This document shows, one piece after another, positions 55,777 through 64,000 of a stretch of 64,000 bases of DNA. Within the stretch, counting starts at the first letter, position 1. Each line of letters starts with the position of its first letter. Source of the stretch: Octopus sinensis (lineage: Eukaryota); the NCBI RefSeq assembly GCF_006345805.1, contig NC_043008.1:2170001-2234000 (forward strand), read 5' to 3'. A program made the translations under genes and the position numbers. Below the pieces are notes generated by a model. The model did not search any database and had not been told where the DNA came from. It was given only the letters and a program-made list of their open reading frames with translations.

Positions 55777-57285
55777 TAGAAATCTCGTTCTATATTTTTC
55801 CAGCTGTAATAACTTAAGAATATTAACATACATACACTTGCATTTTCACTGTAATCCACTATTTTTTCCAGGTAATGCAGTAAAAGTTATCAATATTCAT
55901 TTGTTAAAAATATATTTGAATTGTTTTTGATTATTGGTAATTGAATTAAACTATGAATTTTCTGTTGTATTTTTTTAAAGTTTTTTTACTTTTAGTTAAA
56001 TACTAAAAATAAAGAAAAATTATCTGGCCAAGGCTTCTCTGCATTGGCTAATATAAAATGATTTTAAAAAGGCAAAAATAGACAATGCATCCATCGTAAG
56101 GTACGGGTAGCCATCTGTCATTTGATGTTTCTGAAGTGCCCTTTGTAATTAAGAAAGAATGAGAATATTGCATCATTAAATTTTAAGAAATAAATATTTC
56201 GTAAAAGAAAATTTCATATATAAGTGAAAATTTCATATTGTGATCAATTTTCACACACCAATTTGAAACTACAATTTCTATAAGTAAAATATAATATGCT
56301 TATTTTTTTAAATGCAAACATAGCCAATGTATCCACCGTAAGGCAGTAGGAACCCAAAATAGTGAGTACATGTTGAACTTAAGTATATCATCCACACACG
56401 GCATTGTGTGAAGGATATATATATACATACGCACGCACACGCACACACACATATATATATGTATATGTATGTATATATATATACATACATATATCTATTT
56501 ATATGTATATATACACATACCTATATATGTATATATATATATATATATTTATAACACGTTAAACCCTCCTTTTTTCCTTCTTTCCTGAACGTCCAATAAT
56601 ACTATATTTGTTCCACGTCCTCGCGTTGTTGTATTTTTTGTGCATTCTTGTTTGGATTAACTATATATATATATATATATATATATCCATGTATGTATGT
56701 ATATATTTGTGGTTGAATAATATCCAATGATAGTGAAGATTTAAAAGAGAAAATGTTCTCAATGAGACGTAATACATATAAAATGATTAAAATTATATTA
56801 AATTTCTTACAAAAGTAAAACAGGAGGAAATGTATTTACTAAGACAGCATTAATGTTATCACACAGATATAGACGGCAATAGAGAAATGCTTCGCCCGTA
56901 GATTTCATTCGCCTCATATTTAGAGAAGTGTAATGCTATATATATATATATATATATATATATCTTGAATATCTGCGCTTGTAGAAATTTAAGAAAAAAT
57001 AATAAAAATACACCGTCTATTTCGCCAAGAAATAATACCGAGTCGTTTCATCAGTGAACGTTTAATCTATATTTTCCAGAATTTAAAGAACTATTTTTTA
57101 GTTTGCAGTCACGCATTCTTTATGAAATGAAAAACCCAAAAAACTATCGAAACATCACTACAAATGAATATGTATTCGTTCTGATTGGAAATATATAAAA
57201 TCGATTTAGATCTTCATTCAATACAAACAGAGACAGAGATGCGCGCACACGCATATATACACACATATACACTTATATCTATCCA

Positions 57286-57323
<38 letters not shown>

Positions 57324-58786
57324 TACAAAAATATATTTATAAGTGTGTGTGTGTGTGCATACAGTGATAAATGTGCGCATATTTATAATAGCATATATCT
57401 AGTGAAATACTGTTATAAATAGTCATTATCGATATTTAAAATTTGTTTTTAAATTTATAAAATAAAAATGTATTGAACTAGTTTTGTTGATGCAATGAAA
57501 CAAATAATTTACATAGACAGATATACATGTTATTTTTAAATGCAATATTATATGTAAAATATATTTGAATTTCTCAGAAAAATAAAATAGTAAAATGGTA
57601 TAAAACTGAAAATATTTTTTTTTAATACCTATTCGAAATTTAAATTATATGAATATATTTAGAACTACATGTATGAGATTATTTTTCACATGTATTTACT
57701 GAAAAATTTACTTGTGTGTTTAGTAATTTGTTCGTATATTTTGATTGTTTTTTTCCTTTCGTTCCAAATACGTCACGAGCAAAATATTTTGACAGTAAAG
57801 TATGAATAATAGTTTTAACATCTGTAGAATCTGCAAATCTAACTTTATAAAATATGAATAGTTTAAAAGGTGTTCTTATATGTGCGAGTGTTTTTATGCT
57901 ATTGTTCTCGCTTTTATCTACAGTCATTTTTACATATAGACAATAGAGAGTTGTTTCGTAATATCTCATCGATATTGAAATGTATGTTATTAATGAATGC
58001 TCCACCGTTTGTTGCAATAGAATCTACATGCTTTCCTTTTCCGTATGGTCCAGTAAAATATCATCACTTTATTCGTTATCATTTCAAAATCTGCTTTCTC
58101 GTCTGTCTTAAATGCAAGTCCTTTTACTATGAATATTTATTCATGAACGTGTTCAATTCAAATGTGCAGAATATTTGGAGATTTGGAAATTCTTTAAGCA
58201 TGATTCATTCTTTACAAAGTTCAAATCAATCCAAAGTTTACATCGTGTCCCTCTGTGGGCCTTTTTAGTTTTCATCTAGAATTCCACTCACAATGCATTG
58301 GTCACCCTGAGACCATAATAGAAGGCACCAAATACGCAAGAACTTTGTTTTCATAAAGTCTGTGAGTACAAATTTAGCATACCAATATTTTTGGGAAAGA
58401 AAAAGTCCCAAGATTAAACACATGATATACGTAACTGAGTTATTAAATGACCGAAATAAAAAGTAATTAAAAATGGGACATTTCATGTGAAACAACCTAA
58501 TATCTCTTGAGTTTATAATGTTTATATACGTATTTTTGGAAAATTGATTATATATCTTCACCGCTCACCTTGTTTAAGTGGTCATCCATTACTTACTTTA
58601 CGTACTTTATTTTCATTATTTATTTTTCAACTCGTATTATATGGCTGGATTCAAATTTCAATACGATGTGTAGATGCTATTTGACCTAGGTGGGGCTGAC
58701 CACAATGATTTTATAGTAGTGACCTAATCATTAATATAGCAGTTAACAAATTCGTTCTCATCCCAAAATTCTTTTCCAGATTTTTC

Positions 58787-58819
<33 letters not shown>

Positions 58820-58994
58820 TTTTATCTTCCTCTTTCTTCTCGAGTCTCTCTATATGTTTCCCCGTTTTTCTCTTTTTTCTCTTTTTTGCATTTACCTTAT
58901 TATTAACTTTCTCTTCGGATCCCTTTCCTGTGTATCAATTATGTTCTTTTCTTTTCGTATAACTTATCATTTAGAGCACATAGAAATATATAAT

Positions 58995-59090
58995 GAATGA
59001 GGATGACCGTTGCAAATACCTAGGTGTATTGAGGCGGATAAAATCCTCTGCCAAGAAATGAATATGGAGGTGAGATACAATTCTTATATA
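58995..59090 (+). mobile_element. RT-domain relic of an RLE-type LINE
   Basis: DDRCKYLGV(L)EADKILCQEM with one frameshift, resembling the YKYLGVLEAD RT motif. Confidence 0.4.
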
Positions 59091-60161
59091 TCACTCAGTG
59101 GAAAAATCAAGTCTAACTGGAGAACACAACTATGGACTACCAAAACAGAATGGCCATGGGCTAAAATCTTGGAACCTGTCTTAGGATTGCATGTTATTCA
59201 ATGGTACGGGGATGATTTTATTAAGAGAGAGCAGAGAAAGGTCATGAATTATTTTGCCAGGATTGACAATCACTCATGAAAACGTCTTTATATGCGTGTG
59301 TGTATGTGTGTGTGTGTGCGTGTGCGTGCGCCTGTATGTTTGTGTATAGGCGCGTGTTCGCGAGATTGTGTATACCCATACACACGACTGGAGTCAAAAT
59401 ATAATTTACCTTTATCTATTTGTATTAACAAACAACACAATGACGTTTATGTGTGTGTGTGTGTGTGTGTGTGTAGCTTTGTATACGTATACATACAAAT
59501 CTAATCAAAGTATAACGCAAATAAGAAATACTTTCTGATTTGCCCTCACATAATTTAACAAATATTCGTACAGTATTAACAAATGGCATAAGTACGGAGA
59601 CCTATATTATTGGGTACATTTGATTTCATTAAACGACATTAGAGGTTTTCTTGTATACTTATGCTTATATAATATATTTTCATATTGATTTTATTTTAAA
59701 GAATAGAGCAAGTGATATATTTAAAATTCACAATCCGAATTATTTATTTAAAAGCAAAAATAATTAATGTTACTAATTTAAGCATATTTCACTTTTGACA
59801 AAGTCAACAACAATAAATTTACCATTTATAAATAATTTTTTATCTCTTCCTATAAATAAAACATTTAATAGATTTGCGATGTATGCGTAATTAGTTTGTG
59901 TAGCGATAATCTCATTTTAACTTAATACCATATTCACTTCATCAGAATATATGTTTGCATAAAAGGATAAATGCTATATGGCAATATGTGTGTCTATGCG
60001 TGTGCAGCGGTGTGTGCGTGTGTTAGAGAGAGAGAGAGACTGAGACTGACAGACAGACAGGCAGAGATGTATGTATATAGAAGTATGTATATATGTAAAG
60101 GTATATATTGGCGTGTATTCATGTATATATACACACATAATTATATGTATATATATATACA

Positions 60162-60203
<42 letters not shown>

Positions 60204-60259
60204 TATACTGACACACACTCAAATACATGCATACACATAAATATAAATATGTATGTAAT

Positions 60260-60292
<33 letters not shown>

Positions 60293-60297
60293 ATACA

Positions 60298-60575
60298 TAT
60301 TGGGTCATCCCATAAATGATACAGTTTTTTATACTCCATTTATTTTTCAAAACTAAGATGAACAAAGTCCTTTCTTAATCTAAAATTTACTCTCCTTTAA
60401 TTTCTGAAATGCTCTTTCATCTATCTGGTAGGTTTGCAAGCCCCTCTTTCAAAATTCAGTTGTCTTTCAGGACAAGGTAAAAATTACTAATTTCCCCTAT
60501 ATGAAGTTCCTTCAGGCTCTTTATCCTGTCCTCCTACGACTTTTAGTTCATGAAAATGGAGAAACCGCATCTTTC
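60298..60575 (-). mobile_element. 3' end of a decayed mariner element with TIR
   Basis: TA|ttgggtcatcccataaat terminus; minus-strand translation EGLANLPDR*KSISEIKGE*ILD* matches the mariner C-terminus GIxxLPxRWxxVIxxxGEY. Confidence 0.6.
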
Positions 60576-60577
60576 AT

Positions 60578-60647
<70 letters not shown>

Positions 60648-61044
60648 AATTAATAAATAAAACATATGCATATATACATACATATATGTACGTACCTACC
60701 TCTACATGTATATATACATGCATATATGGGTACAGGTCACCAAAAAAAACTCGAACACAATGAGAAACGAAAACATAAACACAAAATCAAGGAACTGGAC
60801 AATTTTCTTAAACAACGAAAAAATAGAGTACAGGACAAATAACACAAGGAAAATTCCCCTTCATCAGTCGCCATGGTTTAATCTACTCTGCGTATCGAAG
60901 GTGAAGGCGATACGCATTATTCAATAGAAACTTTCCTTCCCGCGAAAAGCAAATTAATAAAATTTGAGATCTTTTTGCGGAGGGGTAAAAATGGTAACAA
61001 AAACAAGACAGTAACGACAGTACAAAATATAAAAAATAAAAGAC

Positions 61045-61102
<58 letters not shown>

Positions 61103-61144
61103 ATGTGTGTGTGTGTGGTGTGTGTGTGTGTGTGTGTGTGAGAG

Positions 61145-61175
<31 letters not shown>

Positions 61176-61448
61176 ATCTATTGAGAAAAATAAGTCGTCG
61201 GAATTTTGGAAAAAAATCTATTTATTTCTTCATTATTACTAGCACTCTCTTTCCCTTCTCGAACTTGTCCAATAACATTTTGTGAACGTACAAACAGCTT
61301 CTTCGTTATATGAAACAGATGTTTTTTGTTTTTTTTTATTAGAAGAGAATATTGTTTTTGGCTTTTAGGGTGAGGTTTTAAGCCAAAGGAGATGGAGAGA
61401 TAGAAATATAGGTAGGTAGATAGACTGATAGATTGACGGATAGACACG

Positions 61449-61524
<76 letters not shown>

Positions 61525-62155
61525 CAGATAGAAAACATTTTGTTGAAAAACTGTGTACTACTTTTATTTCGAAACATGTTAATTATAGTTACTTAGCTGA
61601 AATCGTCGTCAAATAATCTACGATTTGGATTAGTAAGAATATAATTTGCAGAATACATATAATGATGGTGAAAGTTACAAATTATTTGTCACATATGGAA
61701 ATGTATGTAAACATTTGAACAACCGGAATATGAAATATTCGTTATGATTATGCACAAAATAATACGGTAAATGCCAAAATAAATTAATTTTGTCGTTGTA
61801 AAATTTAATGCTTATGAAAGAGTAAAATCATAAACGGAAGAAATAACTCAATAAATACACGCAGCTTTAAAATATTAAGTTATTGGACAAAGTTCTGAAT
61901 ATTCTTGCTAAAAAAATAATTACATACATGATCTGTGTATTCCTTATCCGCAAATACATTATGGACCTGATAAGCAGTAAAACCAAAGCTAGATACGCAT
62001 CATTCGAGATAAATTGGGTTGCCATTGGAAGGAATATTTCATCGAGAATACAAATCACGTGTGTGCGAAATGCAAATATGCACTATTTTCTGAAGCTACA
62101 TATATTTATACACACATACGCATACACACACATGTGTATATGTATGTATATATGA

Positions 62156-62228
<73 letters not shown>

Positions 62229-64000
62229 TTATACACACACACATATATATATATACATGCATATATATGTATGTATATCTATATATATGTATATATATGA
62301 ACGCGTGTTTGTGTGTGTATATATATATATATATGCATTTACAGAGGCACGCAAGTATTTATATTCACAAATATGCTTACATATACATGAGTGTGAGGGG
62401 GGGGGGCGTGAATGTATTTTTGTGTCTTTATGTTTGTGTTGCGTGTGAATCTAATTCGTAATCATTTTCGGCGATTCAATCATTTATTTCTTAATTGAAA
62501 TGCAACGAGTAATTTAAAAACAAATCCGTAGATTTGTCTAGATATTTGCTTATTTATATAAGATTTGCATTCATGAATCAATCAGTTCAAATTGAAAACT
62601 TGTTATATAGTTAATGATAATCTAGTATTTACTTTCAAATATTTAATACAACATTTTAAATTATTATTCTCAGATTTTTATATATGTGGCCAGAACATTA
62701 TGCGTAAACACATGAATCTGTTGTAGGCACATACACTAAGTGAAATATGTACAGACGTATGTGCACATATGTTCGTGTGTTTGTGTTAGGTGCGTGTGTG
62801 TACATGCGTGAAACATGCTGAAATTGTACACATTGTAACCGAGTTTCACGAACATTGAGTGATGCATGTATAATCTCGCACACAAAATCACAAATAGAGA
62901 CATGTATATCTAACACACACGCCCCCACACACACACCGTGGAAATATACTACGTATAAGATTACAGAATTTTGGTTTTTATAAATTTTGCTTTTTAATGT
63001 GTAGAATGTATTTTTTATGAATGTTATCCCCAAGGCTTCTTGTATATCTGCGGCTCTTCTACCTTGATGTTAGCAATGCATTTTTAGAAAGGCTTGACCA
63101 GTTACTCACTTCCAGCAAAATTAATCACTGTTCAAAATTAGCGTCCTGTGATTTTCACGAGCAGCATCGTTACTAGTAGATTTCGGGGCATTTGGATTGG
63201 CATTTGTTTGAAGTGTGTGAGAGCAACAGTGATGATATATGATTCCCAAACTGTTTGCAAGATGATCAGAAACTGCAGCATCCTTCAAAGATGAAACCTT
63301 AAAATATAAGCCGTGTGACAATGCAAGTTTTTCGAAATGTACAGTGACGTCAATACACACACTATTGCTACGAGAATGTTAGCGGATATGCAAACAAGAT
63401 CACTATTGCAGATGGTTATTACTGCTAAAGCTCTGGATTGTTGTTGAAGAACACATATCCCAGAAAACTTAACTTCAGTGAGAAATCTTCACATCTTGCT
63501 TTATAGGATATACATAACAAATCCTACAGCCCCAGATAAATATTTCGTGTATAAAATAACCTGCCGGAATATTCCTTAAATCTGATTACCAACATATATT
63601 TCATTTAAGGCTTGCCCTCATAAATATTACAGATTAATGCTTGAGATGTACCAGCTTACCAAAAATATTGCAGTTTCCACAAAAGGAACCGGCAAAATTT
63701 TTGATCGCAAATCACTTTCTCCTAGCAAAATACATCGCTGTTACCAACGGGTCGCACTTCTCAGCAAAGTAATTGCTTATCCGGAAACGGTTGAGTGAAA
63801 AACTGATTAAGAGGTGGCAGATACATGAATAAATTGACAGCTTACACACAAACATACAAATCGAGAAATTACCTTCTCTGTATAGTATAGTTGAATAACT
63901 GGGGATGTCATGTACATATGTTTACCTTGAGAAACAAATGAACCTCATTTAACACCAGACATTTATTTGTTAAAGACATTCCAATGCCATTAAAGACGTA

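Noticed and set aside
60855-60920. Third hammerhead (minus-strand CTGATGA plus a GATAC half-site, and an 8-bp hairpin gcgtatcg/cgatacgc)
   Set aside because: GAAA is mutated, the two halves are in permuted order and stem I does not pair.
61179-61340. Second mariner 3' end
   Set aside because: Only weak resemblance in the TIR and C-terminus; not enough to call.
63280-63500. GPCR TM1-like peptide ANILVAIVCV...KNLH on the minus strand
   Set aside because: One short hydrophobic stretch, a weak acceptor and no further transmembrane motifs.

Overview
This is AT-rich, repeat-dense eukaryotic (animal) genomic DNA. The tRNA-derived SINE families and the very high (TA)n/(TG)n/(GATA)n/(TATG)n density match my recollection of Octopus (coleoid cephalopod) DNA; that assignment is inference and not database-checked. 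I recognise no intact, nameable protein-coding gene, and most ORFs in the track are microsatellite or repeat artefacts. The supportable content is about 10 tRNA-derived SINE copies from about 4 families, decayed RLE-type (R4/Dong-like) LINE fragments, Tc1, mariner and Chapaev3-like transposase relics, and MITE/foldback elements. A few splice-compatible exon candidates of unknown product lie in the repeat-poor first 19 kb. The most striking feature is a complete type I hammerhead ribozyme fold (35627-35725; all three stems, GUC cleavage triplet, one core substitution U4C). It sits in the loop of a 341-bp foldback with 101-bp, 98/101-identical inverted arms flanked by TA repeats. A second, minimal hammerhead-like motif is at 45620-45653. 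Hammerheads in Penelope-like retroelements are established; what may be new is this ribozyme-in-a-long-hairpin architecture. No rRNA, bona fide tRNA gene or CRISPR array was found.
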